From assembly GCA_965207375.1 (NCBI GenBank), contig OZ242274.1:544001-608000 (forward strand): DNA of 64,000 nucleotides, read 5' to 3'. The notes under the pieces were generated by a model that had not been told where the DNA came from, did no database searches, and was given only the letters and a program-made list of their open reading frames with translations. This document shows, in pieces, positions 52,271 to 62,698 of the stretch. Both the position numbers and the translations under genes were made by a program. Source of the DNA: Nitrosopumilaceae archaeon. GTDB lineage: Archaea; Thermoproteota; Nitrososphaeria; Nitrososphaerales; Nitrosopumilaceae. Each line of letters starts with the position of its first letter. The stretch's first letter is position 1.

Positions 52271-52770
52271 ACATTTGATTCATAGCTTTCTCTTGCTTGC
52301 TTTATCTGCTTGATATTTTTTTCTTCGGCATCAATCACACCGTCAATTCCAGAAAGCTTGTCTCTTAATCCGTTTATCATATTTGCAACCTCGTCAGCTT
52401 CTTGCTCCACATTTGATCTTTTTCTGGTCAGTTCTGCTATACCTCTGTTTTCTTCTTCGATATAGTCATTTACTTTTTCTAATTTTTCCTTCAAATTCTT
52501 AATGTCTACAGACTCTTCTTCAATCTCCTTTTCTAGTCCGGTTCTTTTATCTTTGAGATTCTTTATCATTAATCCAACATAATCAATGGCCTCTTCCAGC
52601 TTTGTCCGCTTGTCAATGAGGCCACCTATTCCGATATCTGAATTTGTTTGTTGTTGATTTGGCATGTCTTCTGAACTAGTCTCTGATCTAACACCGGCTT
52701 CTGCAATATCTTCTCTTTCAGCTACCATTTCTGAGCCTTTCTCCTTGTCACGTTTGAACCTATTAAACAT
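52267..52770 (-). CDS. Coiled-coil hypothetical protein
   Basis: Long heptad pattern. Confidence 0.72.
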   Translation of the reverse strand: MFNRFKRDKEKGSEMVAEREDIAEAGVRSETSSEDMPNQQQTNSDIGIGGLIDKRTKLEEAIDYVGLMIKNLKDKRTGLEKEIEEESVDIKNLKEKLEKVNDYIEEENRGIAELTRKRSNVEQEADEVANMINGLRDKLSGIDGVIDAEEKNIKQIKQARESYESNV

Positions 52771-53232
52771 CTGACAATTATTAGTTGTTATTTGAATAAA
52801 AAGCTAGGCTAAAGATTAAATCTAACAATATGACATACTTTTTCACATTTTATTGACTAGAGTATGCAAAGTAGCCACGGGTACACTTGATTTTTAGAAT
52901 TTTTACCAATTCCTTTCAAATCTAGTCTGAATAGCCTTGGGCATATTCGTAGCTCCTTTATCAAAAGATAACTGCCTTTTTGTCAGGTGCAGTTTAATCT
53001 AGTGGCAATACAACAGGTTCCTATTTAGTGGCGTATTTATCAAATCCTAGATTCAATCAAAAATTCATTCCAAGCCAGAGCACACACAAATCATCAAACT
53101 ACCTGATCCACCTGATTTTCTAAAATTATTACGCAGCGACATTTTGAACACCTGATTAATTTGGGATAAAAACAAAGCATTCTAGTCTCAAACTAGCATA
53201 AACTTCATATATATTTTCCAAAGAAGTCGAGC

Positions 53233-53427
53233 ATGGTTTCCAAGGAGATTACGGTAGGTGTAGGAATACCAATGATTGTTGTTGGTGCTTTGATGGCAGT
53301 ACTATGGGCTCCAACAGAGCTCAGCATGGGTTCAACTGTGGAATTTGTTGGAAGTCTAATTGGAATACTAGGGGTTGCATTTTTTATTGCAGGTCTGTTC
53401 TATACCAAAGAACCCGTATTGCATTAG
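53233..53427 (+). CDS. Small two-TM membrane protein
   Basis: Two hydrophobic helices; directly upstream of queE. Confidence 0.65.
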   Translation: MVSKEITVGVGIPMIVVGALMAVLWAPTELSMGSTVEFVGSLIGILGVAFFIAGLFYTKEPVLH

Positions 53428-53469
53428 AAAAACCACTGAATAAATAATGAAACATTTCATCAAAATTAC

Positions 53470-54180
53470 TTGAAAGTTAGGATATTTGAAATATTTACAT
53501 CAATAGAGGGCGAGGGAATTTTTTACGGCACAAAAACACTTTTTGTCAGACTTGCAGGATGCCCCTTTACCTGTTTTTACTGTGACACTGTAGATGCATT
53601 GCCGCTAGATTCCGGAGATCAATACAGCATTGAATCTGCATGCAAACTAATTGATGATAATTTGCAAAACAACACGTTTAAGGTAAATTTTACCGGTGGA
53701 GATCCATTATTGCAACACAGACAAGTAGCCGAACTTGCAAAATACATCCAGTCAAAAAACATTCCTACATATCTTGAATCTTCCTGTTTTGACTCTACTA
53801 GATTTGATCACGTATTGCCTTTTATCGACTATATCAAAATTGAATTAAAAACCCGAGATTCTAACTTTGTAGACGAACAACACTATGATAATCTGATCTC
53901 AAATGCAGTACAGTGCCTTGCAAGTTCTGTCTCCTCTGGAAAGAAAACCTACATCAAAATTGTAACAAGTGCAAAAACTACCCTTGATGATTTTAAAGAT
54001 CTTACAAACAAAGTATTTGATACTGCTGTAAACGAATTATCCGGATTTATAATACAACCTACCTATGGGGTACAAGAGCCATCCTTGGAGCAACTGATGA
54101 GTTTCTATGATGTAGTGTATCCTGCCTACCCTGATGTTCGTATTGTTCCACAACTACACAAATTCATTGGTGCCCGTTAG
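53470..54180 (+). CDS. queE: 7-carboxy-7-deazaguanine synthase
   Basis: EIFTSIEGEG, FVRLAGCPFTCFYCDT and PQLHK motifs. Confidence 0.93.
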   Translation: MKVRIFEIFTSIEGEGIFYGTKTLFVRLAGCPFTCFYCDTVDALPLDSGDQYSIESACKLIDDNLQNNTFKVNFTGGDPLLQHRQVAELAKYIQSKNIPTYLESSCFDSTRFDHVLPFIDYIKIELKTRDSNFVDEQHYDNLISNAVQCLASSVSSGKKTYIKIVTSAKTTLDDFKDLTNKVFDTAVNELSGFIIQPTYGVQEPSLEQLMSFYDVVYPAYPDVRIVPQLHKFIGAR

Positions 54181-54239
54181 CACTTGATATAGCAGAGTCG
54201 GATTAACTTCAAATAATAGCAAAATTCTGAATAGATCAC

Positions 54240-54791
54240 ATGGACAATGAGAGGGTAGAAAAACTAGTTAGAGAATTAATTATCGAATTAGGGGAGGACC
54301 CGACAAGGGAGGGATTACGAGAAACTCCCAAGCGCATAGCCAATATGTATAAGGAAATCTTTGGAGGTTACGAATCTGACTCTGAATTATCTGTGCAATT
54401 TTCTGAAGATTCTGACGTTGTTGTGGCAAAAGACATCCAGTTTTATTCAATGTGTGAGCATCACATGCTTCCATTCTTTGGCAAAATCCATATTGCATAT
54501 TCTCCTAACGGCCGCGTTTTTGGAATATCAAAACTGATAAGATTGGTAGAAAAATATGCAAAGAGACTGCAAATTCAAGAACGATTGACCAAAAACATTG
54601 CAGACGAGCTTTATGCCCAGGGTGTTAAAGGCGTCATTGTGGTTGCAGATGCAGAACATCTATGCATGAAAATGAGAGGCGTTAGAAACGATGCCAAGAT
54701 GACATCCTCTGCATTTAGGGGCATTTATGAGAACAAAGAGGATAAAGAAAGCATCTTGGCAATGATTTGCAAGCCTGCAAGCCATCTTTGA
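54240..54791 (+). CDS. folE: GTP cyclohydrolase I
   Basis: REGLRETPKR, SMCEHHMLPF, RLQIQERLT and HLCMKMRG motifs. Confidence 0.96.
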   Translation: MDNERVEKLVRELIIELGEDPTREGLRETPKRIANMYKEIFGGYESDSELSVQFSEDSDVVVAKDIQFYSMCEHHMLPFFGKIHIAYSPNGRVFGISKLIRLVEKYAKRLQIQERLTKNIADELYAQGVKGVIVVADAEHLCMKMRGVRNDAKMTSSAFRGIYENKEDKESILAMICKPASHL

Positions 54792-54830
54792 TGGTTAAAA
54801 ATTAAATACCCTGTCCGGCGAGAAAATTTC

Positions 54831-55088
54831 ATGAGAGCTCACAACAATGTCCACATTCCTACCGAATCATGGCCACGCTGGACCTGGTTTGCAATTGAAT
54901 TTGGAATTGTACTTGCAGTATCTATGCTGGTCGGACGAGAACTTGTAAACCTCTTTCCTAATCTTACCGCAGAAATACAAAACTGGGTCTTTTATGGATT
55001 TGTAGCAGGAATTTTCATTGGATGGTATCTTGTTATTCGTGCACTGGTTTTTAAGCGTCCAATACTTGGCACCACGTACTCAAACTAG
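54831..55088 (+). CDS. Small membrane protein
   Basis: Two TM helices. Confidence 0.65.
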   Translation: MRAHNNVHIPTESWPRWTWFAIEFGIVLAVSMLVGRELVNLFPNLTAEIQNWVFYGFVAGIFIGWYLVIRALVFKRPILGTTYSN

Positions 55089-55762
55089 CTCAAATATTTT
55101 GTCTTGTCTATGATATTTGCCTTTTCAAAAGCAATTTTTCTATTGTTACATGATTCACATTGTCCACAATGTGCACTTTTGCCTGCATAACAACTCCATG
55201 TTTTAAAAATTTCATCCTGCAAATTTTTGTATCCTAACCTTATCAAATCACTTTTTGAATATCTGTCGATATATGGCGACTTTATGGTTATCGCACTTCT
55301 GATTTTCCTGTTTATTCCGTCAATTTCTCCCTGGTTTAGTGCATTTTGCATCTTTTTTGCAAACAACGGCCTACAATCTGGATAGTGCAAGTCCTGTGTA
55401 TGTGCCCCATATGCTACTACCGTTGCGTGTATTGTGTATGCCCATGCAGCAGCCATTGTAAGAAAAATGGCGTTTCTGATTGGCACCACAATAGAGTATT
55501 CAAATTTGTTTGGAATCTTCTTCTTAGAACTTGTCAGCACATTGGTGTCCCCATACAGTTCCTTCATAAAGGCAATGTCTACAATCTTGTGCTGTTGTAG
55601 TCTGACCTTTTTTGCAAACCGTTTTGCAGTTTTTATCTCCTGGTCTGCTTTTTGTCCATATGAAAATGTAATACCGTACAAATCATATTTTTTGCCAAGC
55701 TGTGTCGCATAACAAATAGAGTCTATCCCTCCACTGAAAACAATTACTGCCTTTTTAGACAA
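55085..55762 (-). CDS. queC: 7-cyano-7-deazaguanine synthase
   Basis: SGGIDS, YGQK, VPIRN, YPDCR and TWSCY..HCGQCESC motifs. Confidence 0.95.
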   Translation of the reverse strand: MSKKAVIVFSGGIDSICYATQLGKKYDLYGITFSYGQKADQEIKTAKRFAKKVRLQQHKIVDIAFMKELYGDTNVLTSSKKKIPNKFEYSIVVPIRNAIFLTMAAAWAYTIHATVVAYGAHTQDLHYPDCRPLFAKKMQNALNQGEIDGINRKIRSAITIKSPYIDRYSKSDLIRLGYKNLQDEIFKTWSCYAGKSAHCGQCESCNNRKIAFEKANIIDKTKYLS

Positions 55763-55772
55763 ATTTCCGAAC

Positions 55773-56699
55773 CTACCTTTGTCTTGTTATGACTGCTCCC
55801 TTACTTGGTCTGCAAATCACAACTTGGGATTCGGTTTTGGAGCCATCAAACCCTTTTTTCATTGCAAGTGCAATTTTTTTAGGATCAGCTCTTCCTGCAA
55901 ATGCAATAACTGATGGCCCAGCCCCGCTAATTGTCACCCCCAAGGCGCCCGCCTTTAGAGCATTATTCTTGACTGCATCGTATCCTGGAATCATGTGCTT
56001 TCGCGCAGGCTCTACAATTACATCAATAACTGACTCTCCAATTATGGTCAAATCCTTTTTCATAAACCCTACTACAATGGAGCTTGCATTAGACAAATTC
56101 AAAATACTGTCCTTTAATTCGACCTTTTTTGGAATTACGCCCCTTGAGACCATTGTCTTCTTTGGAGGCACATTTAACTTTGGAATTGCAACACACATTA
56201 TCAAATTGGCAGGTGGATCTATTCTGATTACTCTTAATGGCTCCACCCTTATAATTACAAATCCCCCTAGAACCGATGCTGCCACGTTATCATAATGAAC
56301 CAAACCTGCAGCAGCCTTTTCCCCGACTCCTGCAAATTCGACTAGCTGATTCTCTGAAAGCCTTAGACTAAACAGTTTGTTGATCGCAATTGCCGCAGCT
56401 GCTGCAGATGCTGCACTACTGCCCATTCCAAAACCTGCAGGTACTCCTTTTTTGATATTAATCTCCAAACCTGTTTTAATTTTGAATCTTTTTACCATCT
56501 TTTGCACCACTAGACCCGCCGTATTTTTTCCAAGCTCAGTTGGAATGCTGTCAGAAGATTTTATTGTAATTTCACCTTGTTTTTTCTTTGTTATCGTAAC
56601 TGTGTCATAAAATGCATCTACTGCCAAACCAAACACATCAAATCCCGGACCCAAGTTTGCAGTAGAGCAAGGTGCCTTTACAGTAACACTGTTTACCAT
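55773..56699 (-). CDS. thrB: Homoserine kinase
   Basis: TANLGPGFD, PAGFGMGSSAA, HYDNVA and SGAGPS motifs. Confidence 0.95.
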   Translation of the reverse strand: MVNSVTVKAPCSTANLGPGFDVFGLAVDAFYDTVTITKKKQGEITIKSSDSIPTELGKNTAGLVVQKMVKRFKIKTGLEINIKKGVPAGFGMGSSAASAAAAAIAINKLFSLRLSENQLVEFAGVGEKAAAGLVHYDNVAASVLGGFVIIRVEPLRVIRIDPPANLIMCVAIPKLNVPPKKTMVSRGVIPKKVELKDSILNLSNASSIVVGFMKKDLTIIGESVIDVIVEPARKHMIPGYDAVKNNALKAGALGVTISGAGPSVIAFAGRADPKKIALAMKKGFDGSKTESQVVICRPSKGAVITRQR

Positions 56700-57457
56700 T
56701 AATCCTCTACCTCCTCTCCAAGATTTATTGTCCTGCTCAATGCGCCTTCTAGATTTATCATTCCATCCCCTGTCACATTGGATACAGGAAAAAGTCCCTG
56801 TGCAAATCCCCCCAAGTTCATTCCACGTAAGATATTTGCAGTTAATGTATAAGTTTCGCCATCTGATGATGCAGAAATTGCATCCTCCAAAGTCCTAAGA
56901 TTGGTAGACCATCTCAAAATCTGGGCCATTTTATCTGCAATTAAATCAGATTTTGTAATCACGTTAATGGCAGGCAATTTCAATCGTAATTTAATTGAGG
57001 TTGCAAGTAGTGCTATTGATACAAAATTTACTGGCGTGGTAATTAATGCCCCATCAAAAAGAAAAATACCTGCCTTTTGCTCAGAATCAATGCTGTTGAT
57101 CATAAATGGACCACTTGATCTATATGCAAATAATTCTATCTGTCCTGGGGTATCTACAATTAGATAGTCTGGATTTACATTTTTTATCTGTCCGTCGATC
57201 TCATCAAATTTTGATGCAATAAGATCATTTGCCATTACGAGTGCACCGTTTGGTCCTAGATCGTACTGTTTCATAATTGATACAAGATCAATACTGTCTC
57301 TTACGTCAATATCTGGAGTATACGGCAGACTTTCAACACCTGGATCCAGATTTAAAACAGAGGCAAAAGCACCATTTTTTGTATAATATTCGTAAAGCTT
57401 TGAAGTTAGGAGTGACTTTCCAGAGCCTGCTGTACCGGTAACAAAAATTGACTTCAA
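56699..57457 (-). CDS. GPN-loop GTPase
   Basis: GTAGSGKS, NLDPG, LGPNG and DTPGQIE motifs. Confidence 0.93.
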   Translation of the reverse strand: MKSIFVTGTAGSGKSLLTSKLYEYYTKNGAFASVLNLDPGVESLPYTPDIDVRDSIDLVSIMKQYDLGPNGALVMANDLIASKFDEIDGQIKNVNPDYLIVDTPGQIELFAYRSSGPFMINSIDSEQKAGIFLFDGALITTPVNFVSIALLATSIKLRLKLPAINVITKSDLIADKMAQILRWSTNLRTLEDAISASSDGETYTLTANILRGMNLGGFAQGLFPVSNVTGDGMINLEGALSRTINLGEEVED

Positions 57458-57506
57458 TCTTTCGCGATATTGTTCATTATTGGCTTATATTTGAATCCAT
57501 AAAAAA

Positions 57507-58529
57507 GTGGTAATGAACTGGAGATTAGCGGCAATCCCTGTAAGCATGATACCCATTATTATCATTGCAATTCAGTTTGATATCCGAGCCGAGGACGTTT
57601 TTGCCATAGGTGTCATACCTTTTGTAGCCGCCGTCTTTTCGATGATGATGAAATTGGCAATTCAAGGATTCAAGTTTAGCTATATTGCCCGGCATTATCT
57701 TGGAAACATAGATTCTATATGGAGAATGGCAGGAGTTAGAGTCGGAAGTGAATTTATTAAATTTACAACGCCCATGTTTGTAGGGGCAGAATTTGTTGTA
57801 ATATATTGGATGCACAAAAAAGGCGTAAAGCCATCAAAGGCGATGTGGGTTGCCATCTTAGACATTGTGACTGAAGTCTTGGCAGGTGGAATACTGTCCA
57901 TCATTGCAGGAATAATTGCAATGATTTATGGCGCATATGTTGTAGGCATTGTAATTTTGACAACTAGTATCTTTGTAACATCTTTGTGGATGGTGTTGTT
58001 TTTCCTATCTTCAAAAAGAACGTTTACAGTGCCGAAAATTCTTGCATTGCTTGTAGAAAAAATTGGCAAGGCCAAGGGGAAAAAATACATTGAACAATCC
58101 AACATGTGGATGGAGGAGGTATGTACCATGAGCAGGCAAAACCTTCACACATCAGAATCAAAACAGGTTTTTACAAAAAGTTTCATTCTATCTCTTATCT
58201 CTTGGCTGTTTTACGGAATCTCGTTTATGATAATTGTGATCGGAATCGGTTATCATATAGGGGCCTTTGATTCCATAATGGCAGTCATGGGTGCAAATGC
58301 AATTGGAAATCTACCAATTACCATAGGAGGCTCTGGTCTTGCCGAATTTGGCATTGTTGCATATTTGAACAATTTAAACCCATTTGATATTGCAGCCGTT
58401 GAAAAAACAAGCGAATGGAATGCTGTAATTGCATGGAGAATCGCCACATACTATGTTCCTATAGCCGTAACTTGGTTCCTTTTGATGAAGTTGGCACTAA
58501 CCAAATATGACAAAAAACAAATCACATAG
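57507..58529 (+). CDS. Lysylphosphatidylglycerol synthase TM / flippase-like protein
   Basis: Multi-TM; TTP..GAE, PITIGGSGLAE and WRIATYY motifs. Confidence 0.82.
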   Translation: MVMNWRLAAIPVSMIPIIIIAIQFDIRAEDVFAIGVIPFVAAVFSMMMKLAIQGFKFSYIARHYLGNIDSIWRMAGVRVGSEFIKFTTPMFVGAEFVVIYWMHKKGVKPSKAMWVAILDIVTEVLAGGILSIIAGIIAMIYGAYVVGIVILTTSIFVTSLWMVLFFLSSKRTFTVPKILALLVEKIGKAKGKKYIEQSNMWMEEVCTMSRQNLHTSESKQVFTKSFILSLISWLFYGISFMIIVIGIGYHIGAFDSIMAVMGANAIGNLPITIGGSGLAEFGIVAYLNNLNPFDIAAVEKTSEWNAVIAWRIATYYVPIAVTWFLLMKLALTKYDKKQIT

Positions 58530-58540
58530 GGGACTAGATA

Positions 58541-59335
58541 TTGAATTTTAAAAACAAAGTGGTTGTAATTACCGGTGCATCAAGCGGAATTGGCAAAGCA
58601 ACTGCAATCGAGTTTGCAAAAAAAGGCGCACAACTAGTCTTAGTTGCACGAGGAAAGGACAGACTACACCAGACATCTAAAGAACTAGAAAAATTCAAGG
58701 CCAACACGCTTGTAATTGCATGCGATGTTTCTGACAAAGATCAGGTCAAATCCATGAGTGCTACCGTCATTGATAAATTTGCCAAAATTGACATTCTAGT
58801 AAACAATGCCGGATTTGCCATATATGGAAGCGTTCTAGACTCATCCATACAGGATATTGAATCACAAATGCAAACAAATTACCTAGGCATGGTATACTGT
58901 ACAAAAAACCTCCTTCCAGTTCTTTTAAAACAAAAATCAGGACATATTGTCAATGTGGCATCAGTGGCTGCAAGTTTTGGCCTGCCAGGTATCGCCCCAT
59001 ACTGCGCATCAAAATTTGCCATGTTGGGATTTTCAGAGGGATTGCAACACGAGTTACACGGCACCGGCGTAAGAGTTACAGTTGTTAGTCCGATAATGGT
59101 TAGAACCAAATTTTTTGACGGTCCCTCATTTGAGAAATTTCCAAAATATTCTCCTGTATCTCTTGGCGCAAAAACTGTGGCAAAGGCAGTTCTTCGTGCA
59201 GCAAATTCTCCAAGATTGGAAATTATAGTTCCTTCTGTGGCCAGAGGCGCAGTATGGCTAAAACATACTGTACCATACGCCATCAATCCGATTTTGGGAA
59301 AATCATTTAGAGATCAATTGGACAGATCCCAATAA
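58541..59335 (+). CDS. Short-chain dehydrogenase/reductase
   Basis: TGASSGIG, NNAG and YCASK motifs. Confidence 0.93.
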   Translation: MNFKNKVVVITGASSGIGKATAIEFAKKGAQLVLVARGKDRLHQTSKELEKFKANTLVIACDVSDKDQVKSMSATVIDKFAKIDILVNNAGFAIYGSVLDSSIQDIESQMQTNYLGMVYCTKNLLPVLLKQKSGHIVNVASVAASFGLPGIAPYCASKFAMLGFSEGLQHELHGTGVRVTVVSPIMVRTKFFDGPSFEKFPKYSPVSLGAKTVAKAVLRAANSPRLEIIVPSVARGAVWLKHTVPYAINPILGKSFRDQLDRSQ

Positions 59336-59725
59336 TTATTCTGCATCTGCCACAGATTCTGCTGCACTCTCGTCTATTATTTCAAGACCTTTGAGCTCAA
59401 ATTGATAGATGGCATCCATGTCTATCTCTTTTTCTGTATGCAAATACTCTACGACCTCTTTGCTAAGTGAGGCCTTTAGTTGATCGAATTTGAAAGAGTA
59501 AACTACGTCTCTTTGCAATTCTGATATTTTGATATTTTTTGCAAAGTCCATCGTCACAATATGTCTTCCATCATCTGTAGGTTCATACAGCTGGACATCC
59601 ATCTTATTATCTGATTCAAAAATCTCTAAAATATATCCGGTTCTAGTCTCCTCACTTGGCTTGCCAAACTTTGCATTTCGTATCTCGTCTGTTACCCATT
59701 GTGGAATATCATCTTTTTTTGCCAT
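59336..59725 (-). CDS. Conserved hypothetical protein
   Basis: 129-aa acidic ORF in a minus-strand run. Confidence 0.7.
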   Translation of the reverse strand: MAKKDDIPQWVTDEIRNAKFGKPSEETRTGYILEIFESDNKMDVQLYEPTDDGRHIVTMDFAKNIKISELQRDVVYSFKFDQLKASLSKEVVEYLHTEKEIDMDAIYQFELKGLEIIDESAAESVADAE

Positions 59726-59737
59726 AAAAATTCACAA

Positions 59738-60046
59738 CTAATTTTCTAATTTATTTTTTTTACTTTTTTGCCACCAATCAAGATAATCATCATGTTTGTC
59801 CTCCCTTGTTTTGTCTCTTCTGTTGAGTCTTTCCCTGATGTCTCCTACCTGTTCTCTTGTTGCATACAATCCGCATTTCTTACAGATAAAGTGCTTTGTT
59901 CTAGAATCCATTTTCATCGGATATTCTATCTCATCAAACAACTTGAGAAGCTCGTCTCTATTTCTTGATTCTATCTCTGTTTCGGTCTCATATTTTGCCT
60001 GAACCTTCTTTCGCTCACGTGCTGTACATTCTGGACAATTAGGCAA
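59738..60046 (-). CDS. Hypothetical zinc-binding protein
   Basis: CPEC...CKKC. The TTG start at 60046 fits a TATA-like TTTTATGG upstream. Confidence 0.7.
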   Translation of the reverse strand: MPNCPECTARERKKVQAKYETETEIESRNRDELLKLFDEIEYPMKMDSRTKHFICKKCGLYATREQVGDIRERLNRRDKTREDKHDDYLDWWQKSKKNKLEN

Positions 60047-60098
60047 TAGTTGTGATGCAAGATTTTTTCCATAAAAGCGTTCCCACACTCATTTTTGA

Positions 60099-60163
60099 TC
60101 TGGTACGTGGATTATATCGTCATCCCTTTCGGTCAGTTCGCCCATCGAACACCACGTACCAGA
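60099..60163 (-). ncRNA. Candidate K-loop (H/ACA-like) small RNA
   Basis: Perfect 12-bp stem; apical CUGA-CCGAAAG-GGAUGA; 3' AGA. Confidence 0.5.
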
Positions 60164-60189
60164 CACATGTAAAATCTGTTTGAAATCTA

Positions 60190-61413
60190 TTATGTTTTCT
60201 CTAAAAGCTCGGCTGCAATCTTGGCAGCATTTTTTGCCCCATCTCCTACAAAATTCCTCGAAAACTCCCTCAAAGAGTCTTCGAATGTGCCGTAATCATT
60301 TTTTATCGCAGAAATGGCCCCTATTACCTCCTTGGAATTTCTTGCAAGCACGCCTAGATTCCTTTCTTGTGCCCATCTGATCTGATTTGTATGTTCATCG
60401 TATACCGGCATTCCTATAATTGGACGCATCCTGTCTAGTATCTCTCCCATTACAGTATGTGATCCGTTTACTACTGCATAGCGGCATTTTTCCAACACTG
60501 CCATCTTTTCATCATCGCTTAAAAATCCAATATCTATCTGAACCCAGTCGACCTTTCTGTCTAGTGCCTCCTCTACAGAGTATGTCTTTCCGTCCCTGTC
60601 CCTTACGGCATTTATTGCTGGATCATTTCTTGCATGTGACACAATTCGCTTTTCGTCCTTCATTTCCTCACAAAGAAATACCTCGTTGTATCTTTTTCCG
60701 GTAGCATCGTTTGTTGACTTGTTGCCTGTCCTCATCCAGTATCCAAATTCATTATTCTCTACGAGTTTTTCCAGCTTGGTTTTCTTGCTTTTTTCTTTTT
60801 TCTTTGCCGTAAAGTGTCCTACATACTCTACCTTTTCTTTGACGCCTTTTGTAAAATTCAGATTATATTCACACATCGTATATGGCGGCGGCGAATCTGC
60901 CACTATTATCCTAGTTGCACGTGCAATCTGTTTTGCAATAAAAACCAGCGACGGATAAAAATACATTCTTGATTTGTACAGTTTGGGTTTGAACTGATTT
61001 GTTATAAACATGCTAGGAATATTTCTCCTATCGGCCAAAATATTTGCACCCATATCTCCGTCATTTATTGCTAGATCAAATTTTTCCCTGTTAAACAATT
61101 TTCCCTCCTTTTTCAAATAACTTGCAATCTGTTTCACTAACGGAGGTTGGTTTGACACAGACACTAGCAAATTTATCATAGATAACGTGATGCTTGGACC
61201 AAAGTCTCCATCTATTGGGGTAGGCATCAAAATCTCGTGGATTTTATCCTTTTGGGAGGGAAACCTGTCTAATAGCTTTTGATACACATGACCCTTGCTT
61301 GAATAATGTACCTCAAAATCTTGCACAAATTCTGGTAATTCGTCATTTAGGCGCATCATTCTAGTATAGTGCCCTCCACCCCACGGATAGATGAATTCGC
61401 CTATTTTTAACAC
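60190..61413 (-). CDS. Glycosyltransferase (GT28/MurG-like, GT-B fold)
   Basis: GGGHYTR, INDGD, YVGHF and NGSHT..E..PV..EH..Q motifs. Confidence 0.8.
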   Translation of the reverse strand: MLKIGEFIYPWGGGHYTRMMRLNDELPEFVQDFEVHYSSKGHVYQKLLDRFPSQKDKIHEILMPTPIDGDFGPSITLSMINLLVSVSNQPPLVKQIASYLKKEGKLFNREKFDLAINDGDMGANILADRRNIPSMFITNQFKPKLYKSRMYFYPSLVFIAKQIARATRIIVADSPPPYTMCEYNLNFTKGVKEKVEYVGHFTAKKKEKSKKTKLEKLVENNEFGYWMRTGNKSTNDATGKRYNEVFLCEEMKDEKRIVSHARNDPAINAVRDRDGKTYSVEEALDRKVDWVQIDIGFLSDDEKMAVLEKCRYAVVNGSHTVMGEILDRMRPIIGMPVYDEHTNQIRWAQERNLGVLARNSKEVIGAISAIKNDYGTFEDSLREFSRNFVGDGAKNAAKIAAELLEKT

Positions 61414-61444
61414 AAACTCAAAGCATACAAGCCGGTTTAAATTT

Positions 61445-62548
61445 TCAATGATCTTTTATCGCATCTAAAATATCATGCGTGAGATTTGGCCCGATTTTAA
61501 TGACTATATGCCTGTCTTTGGTTTTAGGGGCCTTGTATTGTGTTAAAGAGTCAGAAAAATTCCCATAGATGTGAATCCTTTGCAGGTATTTTTCTAAAAC
61601 ATACTCTCTTGCCATCTCTCTTATTTTATCCTCTAATCCATGTATTGGAAAATACGGAATCAGCTCTGATTTAGTTACGAATCTAGATATATTTTCTGTA
61701 AACTCTAATGGAAAAATCTGATTTGATATAGGAATAGCTATTCTGTTAATATTTGAGCTCTTTGATAACTTTATGCATAACTGTATTGTTGCATTTACAA
61801 AATCATATTGATTTGCCACTTTTTGCTTTGAATCAAATTTGTAAAATTCCAAATGTACTATTTCTTGTAATGTGTAAATGACAACTTTGGATAATATTTT
61901 TGCAATTTTATTCAACTCGGATCTTTTCCTGTACGGGACGATAATTTTAACTTCAAATCCCTGTCTTATTGCTTCAATACACGATATTGCCGATACTGTG
62001 TCATAAACCGGACAAATTATCGTTTGATTTTGTGAAAAGTTGGGCACCCCTTTGTGTCCCTGATCTATGAAAATACACACATATGCAAATTTTTTGGTAA
62101 TGTATGTATACAACAATTTGTCATGTTTGTTTTCTGAACCAGGTGTGGCCTGAAGATGGGATTTTTTTTCAATTATTGCAGAAGTTGCTGCCATCTCTGC
62201 ATCTTTGGGAACAAATCCCATTGCATCTCCCTCAATTTTAACAAGAAATTTTTCACCCCTTAACAGTAAATTTCCACCCAAATCTGTAATTTCTGCCAAT
62301 ATTGACTTTAGGTCGTTTTGAATCTGTTTTGCAATTGCAATTTTTTTTATTCCAAATAGCTGATTTATGGAAGATGAGGCAAACACGGGATCGTTTGCAT
62401 GGACTATAATTACATCGCCGTCCCTTTTTACAGATTGAAATTTGTGTTCTTTGAATCTTAGATTTTTTTTAATATTTTTGACTAGTTGATTCATTTTCGG
62501 CCTTGCAAATTCAGAAGGAAATACCACAACAAAGGCATCATCTTGCAT
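61445..62548 (-). CDS. THUMP-domain ThiI-like protein (degenerate PP-loop)
   Basis: N-terminal SE..K, FGI and THUMP-like region; no SGGxDS. Confidence 0.7.
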   Translation of the reverse strand: MQDDAFVVVFPSEFARPKMNQLVKNIKKNLRFKEHKFQSVKRDGDVIIVHANDPVFASSSINQLFGIKKIAIAKQIQNDLKSILAEITDLGGNLLLRGEKFLVKIEGDAMGFVPKDAEMAATSAIIEKKSHLQATPGSENKHDKLLYTYITKKFAYVCIFIDQGHKGVPNFSQNQTIICPVYDTVSAISCIEAIRQGFEVKIIVPYRKRSELNKIAKILSKVVIYTLQEIVHLEFYKFDSKQKVANQYDFVNATIQLCIKLSKSSNINRIAIPISNQIFPLEFTENISRFVTKSELIPYFPIHGLEDKIREMAREYVLEKYLQRIHIYGNFSDSLTQYKAPKTKDRHIVIKIGPNLTHDILDAIKDH

Positions 62549-62598
62549 GGTTTCATTATATGATGCTTGTTTATAATTCAGAATGTAAAGTCTTTACA

Positions 62599-62698
62599 GG
62601 AGTGATACATCCTTGAATCTGTCATTTTTCGACAGGCAAATCGACCCACCGTTTTAGTGGACTATCTGGATCTTGTGTACGATTTGCTTATTGCCTCC
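62599..62698 (+). ncRNA. Candidate structured RNA between thiI-like gene and cysH
   Basis: Terminal stem plus two internal helices; strand uncertain. Confidence 0.35.

Noticed and set aside
52800-53230. Long intergenic gap (also 14474-14734)
   Set aside because: No convincing ORF, IS end or stable fold recognised.
60089-60145. N-terminal extension of the Zn-finger ORF through an in-frame TGA
   Set aside because: The region is better explained by the RNA hairpin, and a TATA-supported TTG start exists at 60046.
190-60958. Many short ORFs in the track antisense to or overlapping well-supported genes (e.g. 1290-1682, 13534-13959, 55789-56295)
   Set aside because: Shadow frames of real genes with no independent motifs.
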